Source: a virus
Lineage: Duplodnaviria; Caudoviricetes
Virus record (IMG/VR): IMGVR_UViG_3300029288_005873
Location: 1-64,000 of that record
Reading direction: 5' to 3' (one strand)
Length of the DNA stretch: 64,000 nt
In this document: positions 39,690-49,727 of the stretch, in pieces
Numbering within the stretch: the first letter of the stretch is position 1
Layout of the letters: the number at the start of each line of letters is the position of its first letter
Position numbers and translations under genes: made by a program
Notes under the pieces: generated by a model
Seen by the model: only the letters and a program-made list of their open reading frames with translations
Databases searched by the model: none
What the model was told of the DNA's origin: nothing

Positions 39690-40046
39690 TTATGTCATAG
39701 CTACTTTTTCCCAATTCAAAAAACATCTTGGGCATTTATGGTCTAAACCGCCGCCAGTAATATCATATTTGTAGCCACATTCTTCACAAGTATAACAAAG
39801 TACTGTTGATGAATCTCCAACACGCATACAGAAAATACTACCGCAATTACGCAATTCTCCGCCGAAAAATACCCGATATTTTGTAAGAATTGGATCTGGT
39901 AGTACAATCTTTTGACCAACAACCAATTTGGTGACAGGCATCCATGCGCCTGTCTCCGTATCGATTACAATCTGATTGGCACTTAGTGAAATATCTACAA
40001 AACCTGAATTTATAATTAACACATACGTGCCAAACTTATCATCCAT
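39690..40046 (-). CDS. Hypothetical protein with C-terminal zinc ribbon
   Basis: CEEC...CPRC. Confidence 0.6.
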   Translation of the reverse strand: MDDKFGTYVLIINSGFVDISLSANQIVIDTETGAWMPVTKLVVGQKIVLPDPILTKYRVFFGGELRNCGSIFCMRVGDSSTVLCYTCEECGYKYDITGGGLDHKCPRCFLNWEKVAMT

Positions 40047-40048
40047 TA

Positions 40049-40516
40049 TTAATACCTTATATCTCCCATTTTGAAGGTCCTGGGATTAGAAAGCTTGTCT
40101 ATAGCCATTGGTACAAGCCAACGGGCATTGCTCAGTATCCTATCTTGTACCTGTAGGGAATCGACTGAGATGATTTCTATCCGCTCATCCTTATCTTTGG
40201 TAAACTTTACAGCATGTTCAAGATCCAAATATGGAGCGATAGCACAGAATGCCACAACCATCCAATCCCCTTCATTAAAATCATACAACTGAGCAAACAT
40301 TACCCACTTGTCTACTGGTATGTCAAGCCCGGCTTCCTCAAAACATTCCCGCCGCATAGTGCTGGCAAAAGTGAGATCATCATGCTCACAATGACCGCCT
40401 ATACCATTAAGCAGACCCGATTGCCAAGCCGGTCTTGCTTTCCTAAGAAGCAAGACGTTCTTCAAATCTTCGCTAAATACGAACCCGACAGACATTAATT
40501 CACTCATGTTCATCAC
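40049..40516 (-). CDS. NUDIX hydrolase
   Basis: LNGIGGHCE...MRRECFEEAGL Nudix box. Confidence 0.88.
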   Translation of the reverse strand: MMNMSELMSVGFVFSEDLKNVLLLRKARPAWQSGLLNGIGGHCEHDDLTFASTMRRECFEEAGLDIPVDKWVMFAQLYDFNEGDWMVVAFCAIAPYLDLEHAVKFTKDKDERIEIISVDSLQVQDRILSNARWLVPMAIDKLSNPRTFKMGDIRY

Positions 40517-40716
40517 CCAAAAATCTTCCTCAGTACAGAAAGAATTCCCGACATCGCCGTGGGTTCCTTACATTTTTCTCTGTGACTCTCCTCGAAACCA
40601 AAATTTACATGCGCCCCACATATGCGACATGTATGACAACATGGAGCGATGTGACTCACAAGATCAGGCCACTTATGACAATCGCAATCGCAGATTTCCC
40701 AATCATCAAGGTACAT
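40513..40716 (-). CDS. Small Cys/His-rich protein
   Basis: ORF in gene run. Confidence 0.5.
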   Translation of the reverse strand: MYLDDWEICDCDCHKWPDLVSHIAPCCHTCRICGAHVNFGFEESHREKCKEPTAMSGILSVLRKIFG

Positions 40717-40960
40717 TTTGCTCTTCCACTTTGATCTTGCGCCACATCTTTATGAGAAAAATTGCTTCAATAGTATCAGTTACAGCCATACATAAAACTA
40801 GCCAAGCATAAAGCAACCATCCCAAACCAGACAATGCTGGCGAAAGTGTTCCATGGAAACCACCTACAGACATGGAGATACACAAAATAGAAACAACAAT
40901 CCCCAATAGCGCTATAAATGTTTTCCAGAACATTCTTTTATAACTCCAAAACTTATTCAT
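40706..40960 (-). CDS. Small 2-TM membrane protein
   Basis: Two hydrophobic helices. Confidence 0.55.
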   Translation of the reverse strand: MNKFWSYKRMFWKTFIALLGIVVSILCISMSVGGFHGTLSPALSGLGWLLYAWLVLCMAVTDTIEAIFLIKMWRKIKVEEQNVP

Positions 40961-41955
40961 TTCAACTCTCCCTTACGCCCATGGAATATGCGCCGTTTCT
41001 CCAGTGCCTCTATGCGATCCTCAAGAACGCAAATTTTTTCGATGAGCGGACTCATCATACGACCCATCATCCATTCGATATACTCACCATCCAACCTGAC
41101 GGACGTTACCCTATCTAGATCTATACCCTGCCCACGACACCAGTGTCGAAAATCTCGCTCCAAAGAACCATCTAGGTTGTGAGCACTAATAAACAGTTTC
41201 CAAGTATCACTACAAGATACCTCATCGATTGTCTCAGAAGTTCCTTTAGCCCTGTTAACAAGCTTTATTAGCTTTTTAGCGAAGAAACTATTAATGGTTG
41301 GATCCTCTGGCTCTATATGATATCTCGTATTAGGTCGACACATTGTTTCGCGGCACGTACAGTTTGACGGGCAACAACATGTCAATGGACATTCGTTCGC
41401 ATGTTCACACATGACCGAATCCGCATCCTGATTTATAACAGACCTTCCAACAAACTGGTTTGAAACTTCTTTGGCATACTCATATATACCTTCCCTGTCA
41501 CGATCTGCCAGGAATTTTATCATATGCTTGCGGTTCGGAGGCGGATCACAAATCTTGCCACCAAGCCTGCTGGCAATATCCTCTATCTTTGACAAAGAAT
41601 GATCAATTGCCCAGATGTCACCAGGTTCAAATCCGCCATAAAGACTGCGTGAATTACCACATATCCAACATGAGTGGAGAGTCTGTGGCAAATTGCCGTA
41701 TGAGACTATTTCTACTGGGTATACTGGATCTAGCCATTCATCCATCCAACGATGAATGTCCTCTCTAATATCAGCTTCACCAATACGCACTATAGTTGGT
41801 TCACCAACTGTGTCGGGATAGAATGTGTCAGATGCGATATCATTCGCATATCCATTAATGGCACGTACCCTAACCAGACTTCCTTTTAGTCTGTGAAACT
41901 CTTCCTCCGCCAGAATCTCAAGATACTTAGGATCTAGCTTTTTTCTATCTTCCAT
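40957..41955 (-). CDS. Hypothetical multi-domain protein
   Basis: Long ORF; internal CEHANECP..C.C...C.C motif. Confidence 0.7.
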   Translation of the reverse strand: MEDRKKLDPKYLEILAEEEFHRLKGSLVRVRAINGYANDIASDTFYPDTVGEPTIVRIGEADIREDIHRWMDEWLDPVYPVEIVSYGNLPQTLHSCWICGNSRSLYGGFEPGDIWAIDHSLSKIEDIASRLGGKICDPPPNRKHMIKFLADRDREGIYEYAKEVSNQFVGRSVINQDADSVMCEHANECPLTCCCPSNCTCRETMCRPNTRYHIEPEDPTINSFFAKKLIKLVNRAKGTSETIDEVSCSDTWKLFISAHNLDGSLERDFRHWCRGQGIDLDRVTSVRLDGEYIEWMMGRMMSPLIEKICVLEDRIEALEKRRIFHGRKGELK

Positions 41956-41959
41956 ACTA

Positions 41960-42295
41960 TCACCCATGTAATCCTGCGTCACAAGGTTCGTCACCAATCG
42001 CTCCACATATAAAACATATTCTTGGACAAGTACCTAAACGTAAACTTTCCGCAAATTGACGCAAAGCGCGCCTAGTTGCTGAGTGCTTCTCCTCCAAATC
42101 TCGCAATCTGCTTTCTAAGCACTGTATTCTATAGTCCGCCTCATCAGCAACAGCATGAGCAGCTGGATCTTCTATTCCTCTGCTGTATAGAAGTTCTGTG
42201 ATTGATTGTTGACTCATTTCTTGTTCTTCCATTCGTGTTGAAAATTCATATACGATTTCTTTGATATTGGATGTGCTCCACCACATTTTGGACAT
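41960..42295 (-). CDS. Hypothetical protein
   Basis: Coiled coil plus CFIC...PCDAGLH; start uncertain. Confidence 0.55.
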   Translation of the reverse strand: MSKMWWSTSNIKEIVYEFSTRMEEQEMSQQSITELLYSRGIEDPAAHAVADEADYRIQCLESRLRDLEEKHSATRRALRQFAESLRLGTCPRICFICGAIGDEPCDAGLHG

Positions 42296-42429
42296 ACGTA
42301 AAACATGCCACCAGGTACGCGCTTTACAATATCCATAGCAACTGGTTTGTTCTTATCTTCACAAGTTGAGCAATATACAAAAAGCCTCTGATTATCTCGG
42401 ACTGCAGGGTTATTTTTGCTGATAGCCAT
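42214..42429 (-). CDS. Small zinc-ribbon protein
   Basis: CSTC...CPKCG. Confidence 0.6.
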   Translation of the reverse strand: MAISKNNPAVRDNQRLFVYCSTCEDKNKPVAMDIVKRVPGGMFYVCPKCGGAHPISKKSYMNFQHEWKNKK

Positions 42430-42455
42430 GATATTATTCCTTTTTAGTTAAACAT

Positions 42456-42797
42456 CTAATTCAAAAGTTCCTTACTCTGCGACGACATATCATCCCAGAT
42501 TTTCTGTAGGGCTCCAACAATCTCATCCTTTTGCGCACCACTCGCATGCGATAACCGACAAACCATGTTGAGAAGAGCCGTCACGGTAAGAACGCCAAAT
42601 TTCTCATTTCCCATGAGTTCCATGGGCATCTTTCCAAGTGCGCCCACAATAGCATCATAAATTTCCTGAACCAATGGTAGATCTTCCTTTGTAACACGAA
42701 CCTCATGCGTCGTTTTGTTTTCCACAAAAACCTCCATTCCCTCTGATAAACGGACACCGCACATCTGGTTTTCCGTCAACAATATCTGGTGTATCAT
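42456..42797 (-). CDS. Hypothetical protein
   Basis: ORF in gene run. Confidence 0.55.
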   Translation of the reverse strand: MIHQILLTENQMCGVRLSEGMEVFVENKTTHEVRVTKEDLPLVQEIYDAIVGALGKMPMELMGNEKFGVLTVTALLNMVCRLSHASGAQKDEIVGALQKIWDDMSSQSKELLN

Positions 42798-43068
42798 CTA
42801 TAGCAATACATCTTTTTTTGTTGTCATACATGTCGCAAAGAAAACAGAAAGACGGTCCTTGGCATAGACTACAAGGACATTCAAAAACTTCATCTTTCCC
42901 GTTGCCCCAACCTTTCAGAAATTCTATATATTTTTTGGCTTCATTCATTATTACGGATAATCGTGGTCTCATATCCTGACTTTTGCTTCCATGAACGACC
43001 TGCGCTGCTCGATGAGACGGAAGCCAGAGCCAGAGGTTGTGTGCGGCTATCTTCTTTCCACGACTCAT
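42703..43068 (-). CDS. Hypothetical Cys-rich protein
   Basis: AAGGA upstream. Confidence 0.5.
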   Translation of the reverse strand: MSRGKKIAAHNLWLWLPSHRAAQVVHGSKSQDMRPRLSVIMNEAKKYIEFLKGWGNGKDEVFECPCSLCQGPSFCFLCDMYDNKKRCIAIDDTPDIVDGKPDVRCPFIRGNGGFCGKQNDA

Positions 43069-43221
43069 TTATTTTCCTTTCAGTATTATTATCAGCACAA
43101 AATTAAGTTATAACCACTAGTTTTGAACAGTGTCGTTTACTTGGGCATTCCTTTCTTGCGCAATTCTATCAATAATCTAACATAGCTACAAATTACAATG
43201 CCACATTAGTGGAGGTTAAAT

Positions 43222-43934
43222 ATGCCTTTTTGTAGAAAATGTAATGAAAAATTCCCAAATCGAACAATTATTGATGGAAAAACTCACAACCTATCTTCCA
43301 GAAAATTCTGTTTGAATTGTTCACCTTTTGGTAAACATAACACAAGTCCATCCAATCCAAGACTTTCACCAACAAAAAAGGAGAAACGAATTTGTCTATA
43401 TTGTGGTAAAGATTTTGATGCTTTATTGAGTGAACTGAAACGAGGAAATGCCAAATTCTGTTCTCGAAACTGCTCTGGATATTATCGCACTACCACAAAA
43501 CTTAAACCACAACCAAACAGTATTTGTGCTTTCTGTGGAGCATCATTCTACCGTAAAATCTCATCCTGTAGAAAATCACGTAGTGGACTATTATTTTGTT
43601 GCCGTATTTGTAAAGATACGGCACAACAAGTAGAAAGTGGTTTTATAGCAATACAACCATCTCATTATGGAAATGGTAATTCTGACTATAGAACAAAAGC
43701 CCTTAGAAATTTGGAACTCCAATGTATAAGATGTGGCTACAAAAACATCCAGAAATTCTAGAAGTACATCATAAAGATAATAACCACAAAAATAACAATC
43801 TCGAGAATCTTGAATTCCTATGTCCCACATGCCATGAAGAACATCATTTTCTCACCAAAACAGGAAAATGGAATACGAAACACAAAATAGAACTAATAGA
43901 ACATAATTCCACAATCCCTCAAATAGAAAATTAA
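43222..43934 (+). pseudogene. Zinc-finger/HNH homing endonuclease split by a frameshift near 43740
   Basis: ORF1 ends CIRCGYK; overlapping frame continues KHPEILEVHHKDNNHKNNNLENLEFLCPTCH; break in an A5 run. Confidence 0.7.
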
Positions 43935-44061
43935 ATTGCCGATTTTTCAACCAAGAAAGCGTCGTACATTATATGGTAACCGGCACAACCATACAACATC
44001 TCATTGGCACTTAAATGGCCGCATACATAGCATGCGCTGTTGCGAGCCTAAGCTCCAACAT

Positions 44062-44136
44062 TGGGCGACAGGCCAGAATTGAACTGACACCGAGTGGTTC
44101 ACGGCCACCCATGCGAACCTCTACACTACTGTCGCC
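44062..44136 (-). tRNA. tRNA-His(GTG), C33
   Basis: GGCGACAG/CTGTCGCC acceptor, loop CCGTGAA, T arm GTCAG-TTCAATT-CTGGC. Confidence 0.8.
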
Positions 44137-44137
44137 G

Positions 44138-44208
44138 TCCGCCGAACAGGAGTTGCGCCTGTGTTTTTCGCTCATCGGGCAAAAGTTCTTCTGTTGAACT
44201 ATCGGCGG
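44138..44208 (-). tRNA. Atypical tRNA-Ile(GAT)
   Basis: CCGCCGA/TCGGCGG acceptor, GTTC/GAAC D stem, loop CCGATGA, T loop CGCAACT. Confidence 0.65.
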
Positions 44209-44248
44209 ATGACATAAAAATATCAACTACAACATTTTTATATAAACA

Positions 44249-44611
44249 TCAAAACAAACGCTCAAGTTTTGGCCAAATCTGACAATTTCTATAATGATTT
44301 GCCACAGATAGCACTACGCTTGTCTTTCCTGATAGGTAAATACGTTTTTGAAAATCAAAACTATTAGTGTTATTGTTCCAATCACATTTAACTTCTGCGC
44401 TAAAATGTGCCTTATATGGATTAAATATTTCCATTTTTACGTATTGTTTTTTTGGAATAGTGCCAATCCCCATAAATAATAGGCATAAAATAGTTACAAT
44501 TATTAAGGTTGCTTTTTCCAATTTACACCATCTACAATTCCTTGTATACATCCTTTTGAAACACCATATTGCCTGGCAAGCATTGCCTGTGATACTTCTC
44601 CAGTATCCCAA
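44249..44611 (-). CDS. Hypothetical membrane-anchored protein (start uncertain)
   Basis: Hydrophobic helix then beta domain. Confidence 0.5.
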   Translation of the reverse strand: MGYWRSITGNACQAIWCFKRMYTRNCRWCKLEKATLIIVTILCLLFMGIGTIPKKQYVKMEIFNPYKAHFSAEVKCDWNNNTNSFDFQKRIYLSGKTSVVLSVANHYRNCQIWPKLERLF

Positions 44612-45333
44612 AGTCTCCTTATTTCATCAACTTCTGTCCAAGTCAACTTTGCGTTGGCATATCTGATTTTATTTTTAGTTTCTTCAGTATGATGTCTACC
44701 AAACATACTGTTCTGTTCCCCGCGCCGTTGTTCACTAAGTTTTTGACATGTCTCTTGGGTATGATGTTTTCCGAGCATACTAAAATTTGGTGGTCTGTTA
44801 CGCAATTTCTCTTTAATTTCTGGATTACTGAAAACTTTTTTCAATGCCTCTGATATGCGAGCCCTCGTCTCCTCAGATGGTTTTCTACCATGATTGGCAT
44901 CACTTATTTTCTTCTTTGCCTCTAAAGATAGTCGACGACCAAGGGAAGCTCGACTCATTTTCTTACGAGTCTCCTGTGAAACATACCGACCCAAAACAGC
45001 TTTGCGCAATTTTTCTTTAGTTTCTTCTGTCCAATGACGCCCAAGATTACTTCCAGCTGTTGGATTAACATTATATAAATTAACCATTCCATAACCATCT
45101 ATAAATCTCTGTTCGGCTGTAATTAATTCAGATGGTTCGACTCTTTCCAATAGAGAAAATTTGAAATGGTCTTCTCCATACTTATTCCAAGCATTTTGAA
45201 GATATCTGGAATGATGGCAATTTCTACGCAGTTTTCTTAAATGTTCACACCGTCTTTTTTCGAAATCAATAGCACTTCCTATATACATCTTGCCATTATT
45301 GATATTTATTATGCCATAAATTCCAGAAGTCAT
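44503..45333 (-). CDS. GIY-YIG homing endonuclease with NUMOD3 repeats
   Basis: GIYGI...YIGSA, LQNAWNKYG, repeated (H/S)xETxxK motifs, C-terminal HTH. Confidence 0.92.
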   Translation of the reverse strand: MTSGIYGIININNGKMYIGSAIDFEKRRCEHLRKLRRNCHHSRYLQNAWNKYGEDHFKFSLLERVEPSELITAEQRFIDGYGMVNLYNVNPTAGSNLGRHWTEETKEKLRKAVLGRYVSQETRKKMSRASLGRRLSLEAKKKISDANHGRKPSEETRARISEALKKVFSNPEIKEKLRNRPPNFSMLGKHHTQETCQKLSEQRRGEQNSMFGRHHTEETKNKIRYANAKLTWTEVDEIRRLWDTGEVSQAMLARQYGVSKGCIQGIVDGVNWKKQP

Positions 45334-45355
45334 GTTTTCCTCTCTGGTCCAAATA

Positions 45356-45847
45356 TTACTGCTCAAACTTAATCTTCAAAGCCTCTACAACTGTAGCTGG
45401 AACTAGTTTGGATACGTCTCCTCCAAAAAGGGCAACCTCTCTCACGAGACTCGAACTGGTATACAAATGATCTTTGCCCGTCATAAGATGGACAAATTCG
45501 AGCCCAGGGCTCATATCCCTATTAGCCATGGCAAACTGGAACTCAAATTCGAAATCTGCTACCGCTCTAAGTCCACGAACAATTACCGACGACTTTTGAC
45601 TCTTTGCATAATCTGTAAGCAAACCCTCAAACAAACCAACGCTCACCTTATATGGATCATCCAACTTTGTATCAAAGAGGGAGTGACAAATAAGCTTGAC
45701 GCGTTCATCTTGCGAGAAAAGACACGTTTTACGGGGATTATGAGCTACTGCCACAACAACGTGGTCAAAAAGCCCCATAGCTCTACGTATTACGTCAATA
45801 TGACCATTGGTTATTGGATCAAACGACCCAGGATAAATAACTTTCAT
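45356..45847 (-). CDS. coaD: Phosphopantetheine adenylyltransferase
   Basis: YPGSFDPITNGHID, RGLRAVADFEFE, SSSLVREVA..GGDVS. Confidence 0.95.
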   Translation of the reverse strand: MKVIYPGSFDPITNGHIDVIRRAMGLFDHVVVAVAHNPRKTCLFSQDERVKLICHSLFDTKLDDPYKVSVGLFEGLLTDYAKSQKSSVIVRGLRAVADFEFEFQFAMANRDMSPGLEFVHLMTGKDHLYTSSSLVREVALFGGDVSKLVPATVVEALKIKFEQ

Positions 45848-45848
45848 G

Positions 45849-46220
45849 CTATTCATCATCTCTGTATATTTTACATTTAACGCGTCCACCAAAACCTTCT
45901 TTAACGCGTTTCTTTGCTCCTTCTGCCCCACGCATAGTAGCAAAGCCGAAATTAAGATCTCGCTCATCACTCATAAGACAAAATCCACTTCCTTGCTCTG
46001 GACGACCAACAAGCCTAACAATACGCTTATCTTTTTCCATGCTCATATACCAGCTTTTATATGTAACAACAAGACAGAAACCGATTTTAATCTTTGTTCG
46101 CTTGGCCATCTTTATTCTCACTTTCATTATAGAGATCAACAGAAAGCTGACGAATACTCTTTTCTTCTTCTGGAGTAAGTTTATACCACCATATCTCCAT
46201 CTCGTCCCGTACTGTATCAA
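45849..46220 (-). CDS. Hypothetical protein (start probably ~46108)
   Basis: ORF in gene run. Confidence 0.45.
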   Translation of the reverse strand: MIQYGTRWRYGGINLLQKKKRVFVSFLLISIMKVRIKMAKRTKIKIGFCLVVTYKSWYMSMEKDKRIVRLVGRPEQGSGFCLMSDERDLNFGFATMRGAEGAKKRVKEGFGGRVKCKIYRDDE

Positions 46221-46326
46221 CCTCTAATGATTCACTTTTTCCATCATCCATTAACACGGCAAGTCTACGCAATAGTTTCTCTGTCTCCATATAAGCTTTG
46301 CTTTTTTCCATATCTACTTTCCGCAA
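46087..46326 (-). CDS. Hypothetical protein
   Basis: DEMEIWWYKLTPEE, similar to the internal DEMDSVWNELSDQD of 47172-48125. Confidence 0.6.
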   Translation of the reverse strand: MRKVDMEKSKAYMETEKLLRRLAVLMDDGKSESLEVDTVRDEMEIWWYKLTPEEEKSIRQLSVDLYNESENKDGQANKD

Positions 46327-46706
46327 CTCCTACACATGTCGTACATTTCTGTAAAACCTTGAATCTTTTCTGTCTTTTTACCACACCAAAAACACTCCGA
46401 ACGACCGTTATTATTTCGTGGAATTGGCATCGTGCGTGGTCGCCAAAGACCAGCAATTGCATAGGCGCCCACGGACAGATCTACACATGGTTCAACTCGC
46501 CATACAACCAGAGATGCTCCTAGCCTATGGGCAGCGTCAAGGACCTCATTGCGCACATCTTCTTCGCTGTCGCCTGTCCACATCATTTCATGGACAGCAC
46601 CATTTTTCGATATCGGACGCCAATTCATACTTGAATCAAGCGTCTCACCATCTTCGCGCAGGACCATAAGTTCCCCAGACGCCAAAACCTTTTCCTTTGT
46701 CTCCAT
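46314..46706 (-). CDS. Protein with shared C-terminal NNxGR-CFWCG zinc ribbon
   Basis: PRNNNGRSECFWCG...YDMCRSCGK. Confidence 0.7.
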   Translation of the reverse strand: METKEKVLASGELMVLREDGETLDSSMNWRPISKNGAVHEMMWTGDSEEDVRNEVLDAAHRLGASLVVWRVEPCVDLSVGAYAIAGLWRPRTMPIPRNNNGRSECFWCGKKTEKIQGFTEMYDMCRSCGK

Positions 46707-46746
46707 AATGTCTCCTAGTAATTCGCCCCATATCTAGAGTTCTAAT

Positions 46747-47178
46747 TTACCTACCACATTTTGTACAAATGTCATAAACATTGGTTACAATACCAGGTAC
46801 TCTTTTTGTTGGAGCGCCACACCAGAAACAGGTTTTTCTGCCATCATTATTACGAGGACAAAAAGAATCATATACTTTATACATTCTTACCCAGGACCAA
46901 GCAGGATGTCTGGGAACATGGGAACCAACCATAGTTGGTCCAACTTGCCATACTACAAAATCAGCTTCCATATCTGAAGCACATTTTAGCACATTGTCCC
47001 GCAACTGAGTAATATTAGATTCTCCCCAAAACAGCATTCGCATAACTGTGCCACAAGACACAGGTTCCCATACCAACTTGCGCATGGAACCATCTTTTGT
47101 GTGTGGATATCGAAGCATTAACCCATCTTCTGGAGCTATAAACGACTCCATAGGTGTCAATGTTACTTCTCTTAACAA
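46747..47178 (-). CDS. Protein with shared C-terminal NNxGR-CFWCG zinc ribbon
   Basis: PRNNDGRKTCFWCG...YDICTKCGR. Confidence 0.7.
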   Translation of the reverse strand: MLREVTLTPMESFIAPEDGLMLRYPHTKDGSMRKLVWEPVSCGTVMRMLFWGESNITQLRDNVLKCASDMEADFVVWQVGPTMVGSHVPRHPAWSWVRMYKVYDSFCPRNNDGRKTCFWCGAPTKRVPGIVTNVYDICTKCGR

Positions 47179-48125
47179 TTCTTTCCCCCATGCTTAAAAG
47201 GGCGCTTTTCATTCTTCTTCATCTTGTCGGCAATTTCCGCCTCGATATCAATTCCTAGCGAAGCAGACAGATTCAGGAGCCGAATAACAGTGTCAGCAAT
47301 CTCGACACGGAATTTGGGATAATGCTCCATTCGCACTACATCATAATTTAATGGATGTTGTTCTGATGTAACTATACGTTTGCGCACATTCTCTAGGCGC
47401 TGGCGTTCAGCATCACCGAGTTCTCGGTACTCCTCCATTGCCTCGGCAAGTTCTGTAACAACTAACATTAACTTCTCTGGCACATTCCACCAATTGGTCT
47501 CCCAACCTTTAGATTCGCTCCACTCGGCAATCCTATTTGCCAGATAGTTTAGGGAACCTCCACAGCAATCCCATCTATTGTCGAGCTCCTTCTTATCTTG
47601 GTCCGATAATTCATTCCATACACTATCCATTTCGTCCAAAATTGAGTCTTCTTCATGACATACTTTATCGCATTCATAAAGCTGCCACTTGTCACGCACG
47701 CGAACTAACTCCTGCTTCAAAAATATATATCTTTCAAGCGCCAGTATTGGATTTTCAACTTTATCTCGTATCCTATAGAGTACTGTGACCGCCTCATGAC
47801 AATCGCGATCTTGGTCAAAAACAGCATCTCTCATAGTTTCAAAAGCAACAACCTTGTCTAAAATATCCTCTGGAATCTGAGCTAAAACTTCGGCAATGCT
47901 AGGCTTGAATAGAGAAGGATGTCCATAATCATGATATGTCCTGATCGACCTCAGAATTACAAGATCTTCTGCTTCTCCGTCTGGTTTTGGATCCCACAAA
48001 AAAGCAATATGACGTGGATCAACGGATTTTATATAACTAAGTTTTCCACCAAAACTAAGAACAGGGCGGATCCGCAGAAGCAATTCTTGTAGTTTTTCAT
48101 CAGTGATCTTTGGGATTTCAAACAT
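47172..48125 (-). CDS. Fusion protein with C-terminal MazG-like NTP pyrophosphohydrolase
   Basis: LMLVVTELAEAMEEYR...EIADTVIRL...KMKKNEKRPFKHGGK. Confidence 0.75.
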   Translation of the reverse strand: MFEIPKITDEKLQELLLRIRPVLSFGGKLSYIKSVDPRHIAFLWDPKPDGEAEDLVILRSIRTYHDYGHPSLFKPSIAEVLAQIPEDILDKVVAFETMRDAVFDQDRDCHEAVTVLYRIRDKVENPILALERYIFLKQELVRVRDKWQLYECDKVCHEEDSILDEMDSVWNELSDQDKKELDNRWDCCGGSLNYLANRIAEWSESKGWETNWWNVPEKLMLVVTELAEAMEEYRELGDAERQRLENVRKRIVTSEQHPLNYDVVRMEHYPKFRVEIADTVIRLLNLSASLGIDIEAEIADKMKKNEKRPFKHGGKNC

Positions 48126-48128
48126 TGT

Positions 48129-48542
48129 TCATCTCCAACGAACTTCCAAATAAATTGTGGAATATCCTGGCTCAAGCTCATCCCACAAATTGAGATACGG
48201 CAATTCGTTATGCCTTATAACCTTTGCTTCTAGACCTTGAGAACGCAACCATGTAGCTACTTGTTCCATAATGGCTTCGTCTTTGTCTGGATCTCCAGTT
48301 GTACCAAAACAACCTGTTCCACAAGGCGTGCCCGTCGTCATATGTGCGGTATATGTAGAGCATCCAGACCTGGCTCGCCAGCGTAGTTCCGACTTCAAAC
48401 TATCGCATACTTGTTCAAAAGTCGGAATTCTGGATATGATCTTTTCAGAAAACGTCCATCTGGAGTAGAGATCCATAAGTTCATCATGAAGAGTTCGATC
48501 AGACATCGCTCTGTTTCCTCTGATTAATATGATCGCGGTCAC
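48129..48542 (-). CDS. Hypothetical protein
   Basis: ORF in gene run. Confidence 0.55.
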   Translation of the reverse strand: MTAIILIRGNRAMSDRTLHDELMDLYSRWTFSEKIISRIPTFEQVCDSLKSELRWRARSGCSTYTAHMTTGTPCGTGCFGTTGDPDKDEAIMEQVATWLRSQGLEAKVIRHNELPYLNLWDELEPGYSTIYLEVRWR

Positions 48543-48747
48543 GCTTTTTTAGGTAAGAAAAGGGCATCCGTCCATAAATAGCCCGTACAGACCAACCTTT
48601 GGTCCATTCACCCTTTCCGTCTTTGAGCCGAACTATGGCGCTAATGCTGGCAATTTCCTCAGGAATCCAGGAAACCATTACCTCATACCCATTCTCAACT
48701 GGTCGAACAAGCTCACATTGCCTATAGAAACTTTCGTGCTTCGACAT
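48499..48747 (-). CDS. Hypothetical phage protein
   Basis: YRQCEL...VSWIPE. Confidence 0.6.
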   Translation of the reverse strand: MSKHESFYRQCELVRPVENGYEVMVSWIPEEIASISAIVRLKDGKGEWTKGWSVRAIYGRMPFSYLKKRDRDHINQRKQSDV

Positions 48748-48749
48748 GA

Positions 48750-49088
48750 TTATTCCCCATCCACCAAATCTGGACCGTGCCCATCCAAAAAAGCCTTGAG
48801 TATAAGATGCCTTTCGCCATTAACCCATTCCTCGTGACAAAGGTGACCTGGTTCAATTGTTATCTCACCAATCTTCTCCTCACAGAAAAGTTCCTTTCCG
48901 TCCTTACCTCTAAACAACCAAACCTCAAGCTTTCCACACATCTTAGCCATATTCCTAACGGGTATATAACAATCCAAGGCTGGCATGGATTTTCCAGGCT
49001 CTGGTTCTGTAAACCCCCAACCGCAGGACCCAGAAGCTCCAATTATCTCACCATCGCGCCTCAAGCGATGCCAAGCATTTTCACTCAT
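48750..49088 (-). CDS. Hypothetical protein
   Basis: GGAG upstream. Confidence 0.6.
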   Translation of the reverse strand: MSENAWHRLRRDGEIIGASGSCGWGFTEPEPGKSMPALDCYIPVRNMAKMCGKLEVWLFRGKDGKELFCEEKIGEITIEPGHLCHEEWVNGERHLILKAFLDGHGPDLVDGE

Positions 49089-49103
49089 TCCTTCTCCTTG
49101 TTG

Positions 49104-49430
49104 TTATAGAATACGAACACACCCTACAGTCCTAGCAATAAAACTCTCAAGTCTCTTATTTGTATCAACAATTTCAGACTTCAGCTTTTCATTCTCAGCT
49201 CTAAGTCTGTCGTTATCAAATGCTAAATCATTAGCTTGACGCTGTACATCATCAAGCTCATCATCAAGCTGACTAATTTCATCCAACTTGTTATCCATAC
49301 GTTTTGATGCTTCTCTAACCTCGCGCTCATATTCATAAATCCATGAGCGTATTAAATCCCCAAGTGTAGACGTCTCATTACAATTCCCGAAACGAGACGC
49401 AGCCTCATTCATCTGATCCAATAAATTCAT
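49104..49430 (-). CDS. Coiled-coil hypothetical protein
   Basis: GGAG SD; upstream TTGACG-N15-TATAAT with extended -10 TG (49442-49468). Confidence 0.6.
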   Translation of the reverse strand: MNLLDQMNEAASRFGNCNETSTLGDLIRSWIYEYEREVREASKRMDNKLDEISQLDDELDDVQRQANDLAFDNDRLRAENEKLKSEIVDTNKRLESFIARTVGCVRIL

Positions 49431-49478
49431 TTCGGTCTCCAATTATATCAAAACTTCCAACGCGTCAAGATAAAAACA

Positions 49479-49727
49479 TCAAAGTTTAAAACCGGAATGA
49501 ATTAGCAATTTAACATCAGTGATGTCAAAAGGCTCACCTTTTTCTTTTTTGAGCGAGTTTTTGTCATCAAGGAATTTATCAAGCCAGATGGCAGGTTTAT
49601 CATTTTGGGAAATATTGACATAAACACCGTGTGCCTTCTTTACTTTCTTTAAATCCTTGCCATCGAGATCAAGTAAATAAATTGATGTGCTCTCAGGAAT
49701 TACCTCAAAAACAATCATAACTCTCAT
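49479..49727 (-). CDS. Hypothetical protein
   Basis: TGATG overlap. Confidence 0.6.
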   Translation of the reverse strand: MRVMIVFEVIPESTSIYLLDLDGKDLKKVKKAHGVYVNISQNDKPAIWLDKFLDDKNSLKKEKGEPFDITDVKLLIHSGFKL

